DNA of 63,999 bases, counting the filler, from Basidiobolus ranarum (taxonomy: Eukaryota): the NCBI GenBank assembly GCA_040143965.1. It is 28 parts of 28 records of this genome, joined end to end, with 100 filler letters (N's around TTAATTAATTAA, not from the genome) between each part and the next. Parts side by side here need not be neighbours in the genome. Positions count along the whole stretch, not along the records: positions 1 to 2,197 come from JASJQH010003645.1; positions 2,298 to 4,494 come from JASJQH010003646.1; positions 4,595 to 6,791 come from JASJQH010003647.1; positions 6,892 to 9,088 come from JASJQH010003648.1; positions 9,189 to 11,384 come from JASJQH010003649.1; positions 11,485 to 13,680 come from JASJQH010003650.1; 22 more parts are not named here. One strand, 5' to 3'. Both the position numbers and the translations under genes were made by a program. This document shows, in pieces, positions 1 through 11,947 of the stretch. Position 1 is the stretch's first letter; each line of letters opens with the position of its first letter. The notes under the pieces are model-generated. The model was not told where the DNA came from. It saw only the letters and a list, made by a program, of their open reading frames with translations, and did not search any database.

Positions 1-115
1 ATTTCCACCAAAAAGTATAAATGCTTTATTTCTGGACAATAAACAATTATCTCACAAAAGCTATTCACAACTCCACTTTTCTAAAGTTCCTCCAAACAGC
101 CCATATTTTCCAATA
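1..115 (+). mobile_element. LTR family B, 3' part (ends ...TTTTCCAATA)
   Basis: Matches the 3' part of the complete solo LTR at 62586-62960. Confidence 0.8.
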
Positions 116-299
116 ATGTGCAGCTTTGATGATTTGTATGACTGCAGAGATTGTAATGCATGGTGCAGGAATATTTTTGAAGATGGTTGGCCCAGCTGCA
201 TGCCCATTATTGCAGCTGGGTGTTGAAGTTTTTGATGGCTGGGAAGAGTTCTCTTCTGCTAGCATTATTGATCTTGAATCCAGCATTCTTTTTTGGACA

Positions 300-475
300 T
301 GTTCTGCTTTGCACACATGTTCCTGGGACCTTGCTAACACATTCTACACAATAGTTTATTTACATATTGACAAAACTGTAAAGGTCGACTTTCTACTCAA
401 TCAATCCATTAATGATAACCACAAATTTCTTTAATTCACCAAGACACCTCAAATAGGCTCCCAAGTACTTTAACA
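300..475 (+). mobile_element. Ty1/copia LTR family A, 3' half of a 5' LTR (ends ...TTTAACA)
   Basis: Homologous to the LTRs at 32288-32636 and 26733-27079; followed directly by a PBS and gag. Confidence 0.85.
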
Positions 476-489
476 GTTTATGTGCCCTG
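476..489 (+). other. Copia primer-binding site (half-tRNA-iMet type), degenerate GTTTATGTGCCCTG
   Basis: Abuts the LTR end; sister copy at 26721-26732 reads GGTTATGAGCCC. Confidence 0.75.
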
Positions 490-506
490 AGCTTGCCCTC
501 TCTGTA

Positions 507-1590
507 ATGGATACTTCTCAAAGGTATTGAACTTTTCCCTCTTCTGAAATATTGGATGGAACCAATTGGCATGTTTGGATAAATAAAATATAAAAATCTG
601 CTGCCAGAAAAAGGACTCTGGGACACTGTTGTAGAAGAAGAAAACAATGCAACACTGTCTGAAACCAAAGTTTTACTCCAGGTTAAAAAGGAACCAAGTG
701 CCTTTCACACAATTTGTCTCAATGCTAAAGACAAGTTTCTGATTTAATGATCAAGAGCTAAAGCTGCCTGGAAGGTATGGAAAGCCTTGGAAGACACCTA
801 CTAAACATGTTCTGCTGCCAACAAAATCTTTTGCAAAGACAATTCTTTAACTTAAAGATGCAGCCATGAGAAGATATTTAATCACTATAAATATAGTCAC
901 TATTTTGGTGGTTGAAATGGAATGCATTGGGGTACCTACTGGTGATCAAGATATTGAAGTTACAGTTCTTAGTAGCCTGCTACACATATTTCAGAGCCTA
1001 GTAATGGCTCTAGAATCAAGAACTGAAAAATGACCTTAAATTAAATATTTGGCAGACCTCTGGATGAAGATTTATGCAAATTGGGAGTCAATCTAAAGAA
1101 TGAAGAAAATGCTTTGAAAGGCTATGGAAAACATTTCTCTATAGGTTAAAAGTACTTTAACAAGCAAACAACACATTCTGTGATTTCTGTAAAAGAACTG
1201 GCCATTCAAGCAAATATTGCTCTAATAGAATTGCAAAAGATCAAAAACATACAGAATCTGGAAATGTGGTTACAACAAAAGTTCACTTGTTTATATCTGC
1301 TCTATCTAGGACTACCAACAAGGATTCTTAGATGAGGTATATTGAGTTTTCAGCCTCCCAACATTTCACCAATGGAAAACATTGGTTTTTGGATTATGAA
1401 GAAATCCAATTACAAAGGTTTGATGGGAGATGGTCATTCATTGGATGCCATTGGAATGGGAACAATTCAACTTAATTTAATGGAGCTTCTGAAGAGAGAG
1501 TGTGTACTTTTAACAATGTACTACATGTTCCAGATACTGCCAAGAACTTAATATCCATATGGAAGGCCATCTCAGAAGGGCTCAAATTCA
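507..1590 (+). pseudogene. Ty1/copia gag-protease remnant
   Basis: UBN2-type gag (VLSSLLHIFQSLVMALESR), zinc knuckle CDFCKRTGHSSKYC, protease-like GDGHSLDAIGMGTIQL; stops and frameshifts. Confidence 0.85.
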
Positions 1591-2099
1591 AAACATCTCC
1601 AATATATTTTTCTTGTGTAATACAGAGTGTTCCAATAGTGGAATTTTGATGTATCAGCATTCCAAGACAATATGCTAGTGATCCAAGATCTTGCATTTCA
1701 AACTCAGTAGATAGCCAGGTCTTAGTTTGTTTTGTCAGATTTGGACAATTACTAACTAGTATGATATCATCAACATAGAGAGCAATTATCACTCTGGTGG
1801 CTTTGATAGTCTTGAAGTATATGCAGTGATCAGCTTTGCTATGATGGAAAAGATACTTCATGAAGATCTGACTGATTTTGGTATTCCATGCATGAGGAGC
1901 CTGTTTCAGACCATATAGACTTCTCTGTAGTTTGCATACTTGATGTTCTTTTCCTTTTGCAATATATCCCTCTGGTGGATCCATGTATATATCTTCATCA
2001 ATTTCTCTATTAAGAAATGCTGTCTTGATATCCTTTTGTTCAATTGGCATTCCTTGGTGGGTAGCAATGGCTAGGATTACTCTGATGGAAGTAAACTTA
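1591..2099 (-). pseudogene. Ty1/copia reverse transcriptase (RVT_2) fragment
   Basis: DIKTAFLN..IYMDPPEGY..CKLQRSLYGLKQAPHAWN..ALYVDDII. Confidence 0.95.
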
Positions 2100-2197
2100 C
2101 CCTAACAGAAATTTGAGGATTGTTATCATAGGAAAACCATCACAATTTTAATCCATTTGGGATTGACCATTTGCTTACCATCATAAAATCATCAAGT
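2100..2197 (+). mobile_element. CACTA/EnSpm-type family, end A (TIR CCCTAACAGAAAT), abutting copia RT
   Basis: Same end at 46951 (+) and ending at 46100, 48251, 60917 and 62489 (-). Confidence 0.85.
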
Positions 2198-2297
2198 NNN
2201 NNNNNNNNNNNNNNNNNNNNNNNNNNNNNNNNNNNNNNNNNTTAATTAATTAANNNNNNNNNNNNNNNNNNNNNNNNNNNNNNNNNNNNNNNNNNNN
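2198..2297. other. Artificial contig linker (44 N + TTAATTAATTAA + 44 N), first of 27; the others start at 4495, 6792, 9089, 11385, 13681, 15976, 18270, 20563, 22856, 25148, 27440, 29732, 32023, 34313, 36603, 38893, 41181, 43468, 45755, 48041, 50327, 52610, 54892, 57173, 59453, 61732
   Basis: Identical 100-bp spacer with a six-frame-stop 12-mer; the intervening contig lengths fall steadily from 2197 to about 2179 bp. Confidence 0.98.
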
Positions 2298-2960
2298 TTG
2301 ACTATCTTGAAAGGATCTAATTGGTGGCCTGTAGGAGTAACAATAAAACCAAGTAGATTGATTTTAAGGCAAGCAAAACTGCATTTTCTAGCATTCAGGA
2401 AAAGTCCAGCAGAAGTAAGATGGTTAATAATATCCATAACGTGGGTTGCATGATCAGCTCTATCAGTTGAGAAAATAATAAAATCATCAACAAACCCTAA
2501 AGTGTAGCTAGCATCTTTGAGAATGATAGTCATAACTCTTTGAAACTTGCTGGTCAATGTCTTGAGTCCAAAGGGTGCACCTAGAAACATCCATGGCATT
2601 TTTCCAAGCCAATGCTTGTACTTGCTCTAGGGGTACTGGTAGGATTATTGGCAGTCAATGTGAGAGTGGTTCTTGATGAAGGTATGGTGAAGTTTGGAGA
2701 ATTCACCATGTTGAAATTTGCTTTGGCAAGATCTTGGAGACTTTCCTTAAGAATGGTGATTTCTTTCTTTTTGGAAGCAATGACTTCCTGTAGGTCTTTT
2801 CTTTGCTCTTCATCAGCTCTTGATTGAAGAAGGAAAGTGTATTCCAAAACATGTGCATCTATCTCAGATATAAGTTGCCTGAGTTGTTGGATATGTTTTC
2901 ATAGGCTGTTCTGGCATCATCAAGAATGTTGAGACTTATATTACTGGCAGGTGAGGCCAT
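2298..2960 (-). pseudogene. Ty3/gypsy element: gag N-terminus joined by internal deletion to the RT core
   Basis: PFGLKTLTSKFQR..GFVDDFIIFS..LNARKCSF..LLGF; gag-like ATG at 2960 just inside LTR D. Confidence 0.8.
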
Positions 2961-3002
2961 GTTGAGTTGGTGGTTGAATGTATTGCATCTTAACAAAAAA
3001 AA

Positions 3003-3687
3003 TGTTGTATCCAAGAGAAAAGTAGATAAAAGTTTTGAACTTTATTTAACAAAGTAAGCAGTTAAGTGCTGAATCTTAACTGTTTAAGCAGGATATGTCA
3101 GCAGAGCAGATCTAACTAATATATGTCATGGGAATAGCCATGGGTTGCTATGTAATAGTAGAGAGTAGGTTTGCTAGGCAGCTAGACTTGGTGTTCTCTA
3201 GGTGCCAGTGGATACCAGGCTTGGATAGAAATGAGGTGGAAATATTTAATTTATTAAGAAACATTGAGAAGTGTTGAGATCTTATATTAGTTGAAACACA
3301 CACTAAACCAAAAGGTCCAGTTAGCTTTATTCATACTTTTTGATAGCAGAGTGAATTAGTCAGTGCCAAGATATTAAATGACTATTTCTGATAAAAGATA
3401 ATGCGATTAGAAAGATAGATAGATAAATATGTGATTCATGCATTAGCTGAAGTCTTGGCAGTGAAAGATCATTGGTTCTGGGTGTTGTGACTTATATTGA
3501 TATGCATCTAGGCAGATGACTTCGAGGTTAATACTGAGTGGACAATGATCATGTGATTGATTACATGATCTGATAGAAGGGATAAGAGAATAGATAGTTA
3601 GTCATGTGTTAAGTTACAAGATAGGATCACTGGATAAGATCAAGTGACTAGTTAGCATTGATGATAAACTAAACAGATAATCATTCA
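3003..3687 (-). mobile_element. Gypsy 5' LTR, family D (about 685 bp, TG...CA)
   Basis: TGAATG...ATACAACA on the minus strand; second partial copy at 46662-46950; followed by a T8 tract and gag. Confidence 0.65.
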
Positions 3688-3734
3688 AGTTGTATAGGTA
3701 TGGCATAAGTTTAAACAACTTTGTATATTGGTTC

Positions 3735-4494
3735 ATAATAGGCATCATGTACATACTATTAAACATCATTCCAATACTAGTCACTCAGCTATATGGTGGA
3801 AAATTCAATATGAATGAGCCATATAAAATAGGATCAAAGTTTGAATTGATTGGGAAGGTGCTTGAAAACATCAAGCTACCTCATTTTCTACCAACACTCC
3901 CTCAATATCCACTCATCTAGGTGTTGATTTAAATGCAAAGCCTGGAAGTATTAGATTTGTATATATTGTAGTTGAGTATTGAAAAGATTTCTGCCTGATA
4001 AGTATTGGCAACATTGAGAGTTGTTTGTGGATATTGTTAATATATTCTTATAGCATCAACTCACATTGGCGGATCTCAGGCAGATACAGCAACTGTGCAA
4101 AGATTTTGTAATGGGATATGAAAAACCTTATTACAGGTTTAAAGCAGATAGACTGAATCTATGCTGGTATTCAATTTATTCCCTGCTGCATCATTTACAA
4201 TGCTTAAGGATTATAGGCCCTTGCTATACATTCTGGGAGTTCCCAATGGAGCACACCTGCAGTGAAATGCTGCTCTGTGTGAAATAATCAGTATTACCAT
4301 ATGCCAATCTGATTAGCCATGTATCAGCAAAATCAATGATGGATATTATGCCATGGGTTAAGGAAACTCCAGAGTTGACTAACCTTCCAACAGAGAGCTC
4401 TTTTCAATGTGCTTATGGGTTTTAGCATTGTTTGAGCACAATAACAACAACAAAGCCCAACCCATGGATACAGAGTAAGTATCTGTATAATTTA
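3735..4494 (+). pseudogene. CACTA transposase fragment (DUF4218-like region)
   Basis: LLHHLQCLRIIGPCYTFWEFPME; matches 31000-31527. Confidence 0.85.
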
Positions 4495-5787
4495 NNNNNN
4501 NNNNNNNNNNNNNNNNNNNNNNNNNNNNNNNNNNNNNNTTAATTAATTAANNNNNNNNNNNNNNNNNNNNNNNNNNNNNNNNNNNNNNNNNNNNTTTCCC
4601 CATAATAGATGGACAAACAAATATCCTATTTCAATGAATTCTTTTCGATTAGAGTTCGGGAATCGTTATTGAGAATTTCCCTATCTCTAGGATGTCTGAG
4701 CCGGAATTTCCAATTTAGATTTCGGTTTTTGAATAAATCATGTGAAAGTGAGGTTTTCTGTGACCTACACTCCAGGCTTGGATTGGCTGTAGCCGTTGAC
4801 AAATCAGAGCAGATATTCCAGATGGCTAGAGGATTCTGTTCTGATGTCAGTCAAAGAGCGCATATGTCCTCGGATCCTACCGCATAGTATTTAGAGTATC
4901 TCTGGAGTATCTCTGTCATGACCCCTTGTTAGGGACAGTGGTAGATAGGATCTATGCAATCTAACCTTACAGATCACCATGCTTAGATGAGGACATTCGA
5001 TAGATTGATCTTCGATTTCCATCATGCCTACATTGGAATGCATAACAAGCAGAGCAATCGAGATTCAATTGCTCCATGGAGTAGTACGGCAAACCTGTTT
5101 GAAAAACATATTAGCTAACTGTGAAGAGCTAGTCAGCTTCCTGTAAAAGACCGTTAAGGAAACCATGGCAACCACATGATTTGTTACGAATACCTTCTAC
5201 AAGGCTACCGTGCCACTTGTCATATGACCGAAGAGTTACAATTGTATTTGCAGATTTCGCTTGAGCACTGCCTACTGCTCAATTGTGATGATCAAACTAC
5301 TCATTTGAATTCAAAGGCCATAGATTTGGTTTGTGCTGCCGTAAGCTCAACCGTGGTTTAAACCAACCAGTGTCAACTATATTAAAAATCAATAGTACCG
5401 TACCCGCGACTTCATTGAATAAAAACCCCACTGTGAGCCTAGGATTTGCTAGTACCCGAGAGAGCTGGGCATATCTGCATGCTGAGAATGCCTAGAAAGT
5501 CACAAATTAGCTAGTGTTATCCGCAACTTCTGGAATCACCCTTAGCGTGTCCAGCTAACTTCAAACCTCATTTTATCTCAAGCCAAGTAATATTGGTGTT
5601 TGGAACATCTAAAGGTTGTGCTCATTGCCATTTAGGGGGCATTGTTCATTAAGGTCGTAGAATTGAAGAGTAAATTGCATGCATGTAGGTGATCATTGTT
5701 AAGTTTATTTCACTGCTAATCAAACAAATATTCTGATCTAAAAACACACACTGTTATCAGCAACCATTTTAAAGAGGAATCAGCTTC

Positions 5788-6791
5788 TCACGATCCTCTT
5801 GATTCCATTTGAGTTGGAAAGTAGTTGCGGGAACTTGGTACGATTGAATCATTTTGATAACTTCCTCAGCAGTATTACAGGAAACTACAATTTGTCGATT
5901 TCCGGTGGTGATGAAGTTCTCTGTAAATATAGATTACGTCTCAATGGCTATGTATAATTTGGAGTGGGAATGTTACTACATGGATTCTACACTTACCCTC
6001 CACTGCAACATCAAGCCATTGAAGGAAAAGGTCGTAAAATCCATTCACGTTGAAGATAATGACTGGCTTAGTGTGAATATTGAGCTGGGACCTTTAGTGA
6101 TGATAATCGACCTTAGTTTCGGTATATACAAAGTACATACATCAAATGTACATACCAGGTGATCATCTCCAAGAGCTCCTCCATAGTACCATAACCACCA
6201 GGCATAGCAACGAAGGCATCACACTATATATGCCAATGAATAGAAGAAGAAAAATGATTTTCATCAGAAGTATGTACCTTGTTGTGCATCATACTCTTAC
6301 GAGTGTGCATATCTGACACTTCAATGGACTCTCCTATACTATCCCCGCTGTGCTCTATGTCCCAAGTTAATTTGAAATCGCTTCACAAAGATATGGAAGC
6401 TTTACTGCTGGTACATACCTATAAGTGGGGTAGGAATGATACCGGTGACTTTGCCTCCACCCTGTGAAAACAGATGAAATTCAGCCTTAGGCAATATCAA
6501 AAAAACACTTTACAGTCGCTTTACCTCATGAATAGTTTTGGCGATTTCACCCATAATACCAGCGGTTCCGCCACCTTTACGTAAAAGGCATCAACATAAA
6601 TCTGATATGTGAAGGAAAGTAAATATATATATATACCATATATTAAAGCGTAATCATTCTTCAAAAACTCTTTTCCAAGTTCTGTTAGATGCAAAGCGAA
6701 GGCTATTAAAACGATGGTTGAAGATGGAAGTAGTTGATAAAAAAATACCTTGAGCTTCTTTCATATACACTGGCTTAATGTTTTTAGAAGA
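5788..6791 (-). CDS. LOG: LOG-family nucleotide 5'-monophosphate phosphoribohydrolase, 7 exons visible, 5' partial
   Basis: Spliced by eye through GT-AG introns: [87 protein letters not shown]..; PGGxGTxEE motif; stop at 5788-5790. Not in the ORF track. Confidence 0.92.
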
Positions 6792-6892
6792 NNNNNNNNN
6801 NNNNNNNNNNNNNNNNNNNNNNNNNNNNNNNNNNNTTAATTAATTAANNNNNNNNNNNNNNNNNNNNNNNNNNNNNNNNNNNNNNNNNNNNC

Positions 6893-7015
6893 AATGATGG
6901 AAGCGTGTACACTAGCAACTGGAACTACAAGTTCAACGGACAAGGTGGAGTCTATTCTACATCTTATGGAAACTTCAATACTGGCAGTGGTGTATCCTTC
7001 CTCTGGCATCAATAG
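6893..7015 (+). CDS. 3' end of an unidentified protein (..NDGSVYTSNWNYKFNGQGGVYSTSYGNFNTGSGVSFLWHQ*)
   Basis: Open frame from the contig start with coding-like codon use, AATAAA downstream; degenerate copy of its end near 7890-7945. Confidence 0.55.
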   Translation, partial: NDGSVYTSNWNYKFNGQGGVYSTSYGNFNTGSGVSFLWHQ

Positions 7016-9002
7016 AGTGATTGTTAAATTGAAATGAAATCCGAATAGACATACTATCTGCTGTGCAGGTTTTAAAGTTCACAAATACAAAAGACAAGCA
7101 ATAAAGCAAAATTTATTTAAAAGTATCCCCATCGAATCGAATCTAACTAAACCTTTATACTTCCACAACTAATTTAACTCTTACAATGTTCTGAAATGTA
7201 CTTCTTGATACTGGCCCACTCTCGGACAATCATATATACTGTAGAAAGATAAATGCAGTTAACCGAAATTAGGAAATCTAGATTTTTTGAATCCTGAGAT
7301 TCATTTAGAAGTGTATCATTGACCAGCAAATTATTTGGATTAATTGGTGAATCCTTATTTGTAAAATTCGATTGAAATATTTCATGGCAATCGAGATAAG
7401 TAGATCGGCCTAAAAAAGTATAGGCTGAATGAACAAGCGCATGGATTTGCGGTATCGCCATATAGTTGCTGCGTATAGAGTATCGAGATGAACTAATATG
7501 ACTAGCGCATCAAGTGAATTTCCAGTACTAGAGTGGTTGCCTCTGGCTCTCGCGTGTTTCGCTTCAATACTGAACAATTTACAGACCATTACCTATCTGT
7601 AAGCTGGGAAGAGAAATGATTATTGCTGATGGCCTATAACAATAGATGATACTCATGATGTATTCTCTACATTATCTGAATTGAACCGGGCTATCAAGGC
7701 TGTGTATTGACTAATTATTCTACTGCTGAAAGCTAAATTCACTCCATTTAAATTGTATCAAAGACGGTTCGCTACAGCAACGAACTCATATATTTGGCCG
7801 ATTGGATAAGAGTATACTCAAGTAGGCAATATAACATTTATTTAACCTTGCTATAGCCAGTAACATACTTTGATGCTAACTGTTAAACAGCATTATCAAT
7901 ACACACGGCGGTGTATTTTTCCTATGGTATCAATAGAGTTGTTGGTACCTGCTAGTACTATGAAAACGTGGTAGATCGAAAATGTCTAATCTAGATTTGG
8001 TTTAGCAATATAGAGATTTAGTACATTATAATCCGTAACTTCACGTTAAATTTAATATGTACTATAGAATAATCCAAGTCGATGAGCCTTTTAGTCAGGA
8101 TCGTAGTGCTCTATTAATTCACTTATTATATATGGATAAATATGATTCTACCTTTAGCATGATTGGGATATATGGATCGGGATCTAAGAAGTCATAGGCT
8201 GAAAAGGATTCTTTGTTGTCTATACGCGAACACTGATATGTATCCGAGAAACCCCAAAAAGTCAATTTTCAACTCAAGAAAATCAATGGTATTGGCATTC
8301 AACCCAAATTCACCAATACTTGATTTTGCGTTAATATTGGTTCATTTACTGGCTTTACCAAAACTCACCGCTACCTTTACCTTTACTGACGAGAGGAAAG
8401 TGGCTGTAGCTTTTGTTGCCAAACATCGAATGCGATGCGATAAGAGAAGTCAATACTTATGTTATGTTGACTGTTCATGTTACTTTCTCCACTTAATCTT
8501 TTCGAATATTAATGATTGTAAAGTTCAATTAGCTCTATTTAGATCCTATCAATGGAGCCGTAGTACAGGTTATTTTCATCTACTCAATTGAACTGGAGTA
8601 TGAACTATAAAACTCAAATTCAGTAATAGTTACAACCTCCAGTTGAGAAATAATTATTTGTACTTACTGAACTGCTCGACTCGCAATTAATTTCTTAATT
8701 ACTGATCATACTCTATTCTTCCACAAATCGCTTGTTGAAGTTACATCAGATTGATTCTTGATTCGCTCAAATACACTATCAATAGATGAAACTTGGAGTA
8801 TTGGTAACCACAGAAGCTCCTTTTGTGACTATCGCAGTCCTAACATCATTTGAAATGGAAAATTGTGGACTGGGATCTGGAAGTCACTTTAAACGAATAC
8901 ACGTGGGGAGAGGAGGCAAGAAAAGTGTATAAAAATGGGAGTGGAACTTCAATTGAAAATCAGTACTGGATTACTATTAGAAACATACTATTAGACATCA
9001 TC

Positions 9003-9088
9003 ATGGTCAATCTTACATCCGCTTTATCTTGTGTGTTCCTCGCAGCCGCCACTTTCATAGCCTCTTCCGTTGAGGCCTTACCAACTCA
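9003..9088 (+). CDS. 5' end of a secreted protein (MVNLTSALSCVFLAAATFIASSVEA-LPT)
   Basis: Signal-peptide-like hydrophobic core with VEA cleavage site; TATAAA about 75 bp upstream. Confidence 0.7.
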
Positions 9089-9847
9089 NNNNNNNNNNNN
9101 NNNNNNNNNNNNNNNNNNNNNNNNNNNNNNNNTTAATTAATTAANNNNNNNNNNNNNNNNNNNNNNNNNNNNNNNNNNNNNNNNNNNNTTCTCATTTTGG
9201 TTATACATTATCGAAGAGAAATAAGGTTCAGATTCTGCGCCCTATGAGTGTCACAGAAATTAATTCGATGCAAATAATTCCTTTCATGTAACACAAGGCT
9301 TGCCGCTTTTGAAGGCTTTGTCTGTTTAACTACGGGCGAATTACGTTTCAATAGAATCTCTTTTGTCATTAATCATCAACGCCATGGATATTAATTTTAT
9401 TGTGGTAGTTGAACTTCAGTAATGAAAAGTTAAATGGTGTTAAGCGTATTCTCTTAATGAATCCATATTGATATAGCAGTTGCTTTAATATATACATACA
9501 GGTGTTACACTTCAGGGGTGACGGGTTCCATTCATATTGTGATTAAGAAATATTGCTAGGGGCTGAGCTATTGGATTCAATATTGAATTTGGAATATTAG
9601 ATGCATTCTTATGGTACATATACGCCCATCAATTTATCAGCCTTATAGCTCCCGAAATACCAAGATTAGCGTTACACCTAACAACTCCTCATTGCCTAGA
9701 AAACAAGAGGAATGCAACCTTAAACGGTTCTAAATCTGTTCCTTAATCTTAGCCGCCATGTTACCCATATAAGAATTGGCTATATAATCTCATATGACTA
9801 CTGATTTGCTTTTCAATTCTTCTTGTGCTCTTGACTTATTATCAAAG

Positions 9848-10916
9848 ATGTTCCGTTCCTTTGTGAAGTATTCCCTTCTGGCATCTGCTGCTGGTTTTGT
9901 TGCTGCCCAAGACCCAGGGGCAGGATTTATTTTCCAATGTGATAAGCCTGGCGGTTTCGCACTTACTTTTGATGATGGTATGGTTGATTCTATTGTAAGG
10001 AATGGCTAGTTTGGAATTACTAATGTGCTAGTGTTGTTTAGGTCCTAGTGAATACACCGGTACTCTATTGGCTACACTCAAAGAGAAAAGTGTCAAAGCT
10101 ACATTCTTCTCTGTCGGAACTCAAGCCGCAAAGGCTGATATCGCGAAATATCTAAAGCAAGCATATGATGAGGGTCACCAGATTGCCTCCCATACAAATA
10201 CTCACGCTGATTTGAACAAGCTAACTGCCAGTCAAATTGAAAGCGAAATGCTTCTTACTGAAAAAGCTATTGAGGGAGCTACAGGCCTGGTGCCAGCAGT
10301 AATGCGCCCCCCATACGGTAACTGTAATGCTCAGTGCCAAGGAGTTATGAAAAAGATGGGCTACTTAGTGGTACAATGGAATGTTGATTCCAATGATTGG
10401 CAATTCATGGATGCACCTGATAAGTGGGAATCTTTGATAACCAATATCCTCGACCCAGTAGGGAAATCCAATGTTCAGGCCCAATCATTCATTTCCTTAC
10501 AACATGACATTCACAAATTCTCTGTCGACAGAACTGCAGCCATTATTGATGGTATTAAAGCAAAGGGCTATAAATTTGAAACTGTCAACGAGTGTTTAAG
10601 CAACCGATTCCCCATGTATAAGAATCATGCAAATCCTACACCTGCTAATCAAACCAGCTCCGTGGCTCCTTCTTCCACCACAGTACATTCTTCCGCCGCA
10701 GTACATTCTTCTACTGCATCAGCTGCTTCCACCTCTTCGGCCCTGAAGCCTGCCTCTAGTGCATCAACTGCCACTCCTCCCAAACAATCAAGCAATAACC
10801 AGGCTGCAATCTCAGATACTGCAAATAAAATGTCAGGCTCCGGTTCTGCCACAACCGTACCTGCCTTTGGCATGGGATTGATGACCATCGCCTTGGCGAT
10901 CCAATGGTTATGTTAG
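9848..10916 (+). CDS. CDA: Chitin deacetylase (CE4/NodB), secreted, Ser/Thr-rich tail, probable GPI anchor; exons 9848-9977 and 10042-10916
   Basis: Signal peptide; TFDDG|P split by an intron; HTNTH, RPPYG, DSNDW, LQHD motifs; hydrophobic C-terminus. Confidence 0.93.
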
Positions 10917-11484
10917 TCGAATGGGTCTAAGTTATCTCAACTCACCGTTCACATGGAGTTAAGAAGTCACTCACCATATAGCATACCTGTTTTTGAACCA
11001 TTCGAAATACCAGTATTTAGTCCACTTAATTATGATTCCTTTCAATATTTTATTCAATAATCATCCATTAAAGTATTATCATCATTTCAACTTCTTAGCA
11101 TGCATTAGTGTATTACCCATGGAAAAAAACTTATTCAAGCACGAACTGTAGGATAGTCAACTTAATAAGAATGATTGCTTCCTATGCATAACTGCTATTA
11201 TTTCATAGCAGACTGTATAGTAATGCCACACAGTATTTCTCTTGCTTGAGGTGAAGGTTAGTAATCGGGAGAAATCATTGTGCGGATTAGAAGCACTTTT
11301 CTAGAACGGTGCAAGTGGTACAAATCTTGAAAAGGAAATAGAGTTGAGAATCATTCACAGCCAAATGATTGCTCTCAACCTAAANNNNNNNNNNNNNNNN
11401 NNNNNNNNNNNNNNNNNNNNNNNNNNNNTTAATTAATTAANNNNNNNNNNNNNNNNNNNNNNNNNNNNNNNNNNNNNNNNNNNN

Positions 11485-11947
11485 CCCTTCCGCGGATCTC
11501 TTGTGGACGGAAAGCAAGAGCCCTATTATGTCTCAAGTCAAAGAGTTTGCTGACGGGGTAGACAGCAAGCAGCCCTGGGCCAAACTCGCCTATAAGCTCT
11601 CACCATCCTTCAATTGGGACGCAGCCGGTATGTCAGACCAAGAAATCCGTTCCTTTATTTGGGACCTTGGTCGTCTTGGCTTTTGTTGGCAATTCATTAC
11701 ACTTGCTGGTTTCCACTGCAATGCACTTGGGGTGGATTTGTTTGCGCGTGATTATGCAAAGCGTGGAATGTTGGCATATGTTGAAGGAGTACAACGCAAA
11801 GAACGCGAATTCGGAGTTGACACCTTACAACATCAAAAATGGTCCGGTGCCTATTACTACGATGAATTGATCAACTTGGTTGCTGGAGGCATATCCTCGA
11901 CCGCTGCTATGGGTGCCGGTGCTACAGAAGAACAATTTAAGCATTAA
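11485..11947 (+). CDS. ICL1: Isocitrate lyase, C-terminal part (5' partial)
   Basis: LAYxLSPSFNW, [35 protein letters not shown]. Confidence 0.92.

Noticed and set aside
5854-6467. Plus-strand ORFs 5854-6162 and 6279-6467
   Set aside because: Antisense to the spliced LOG gene.
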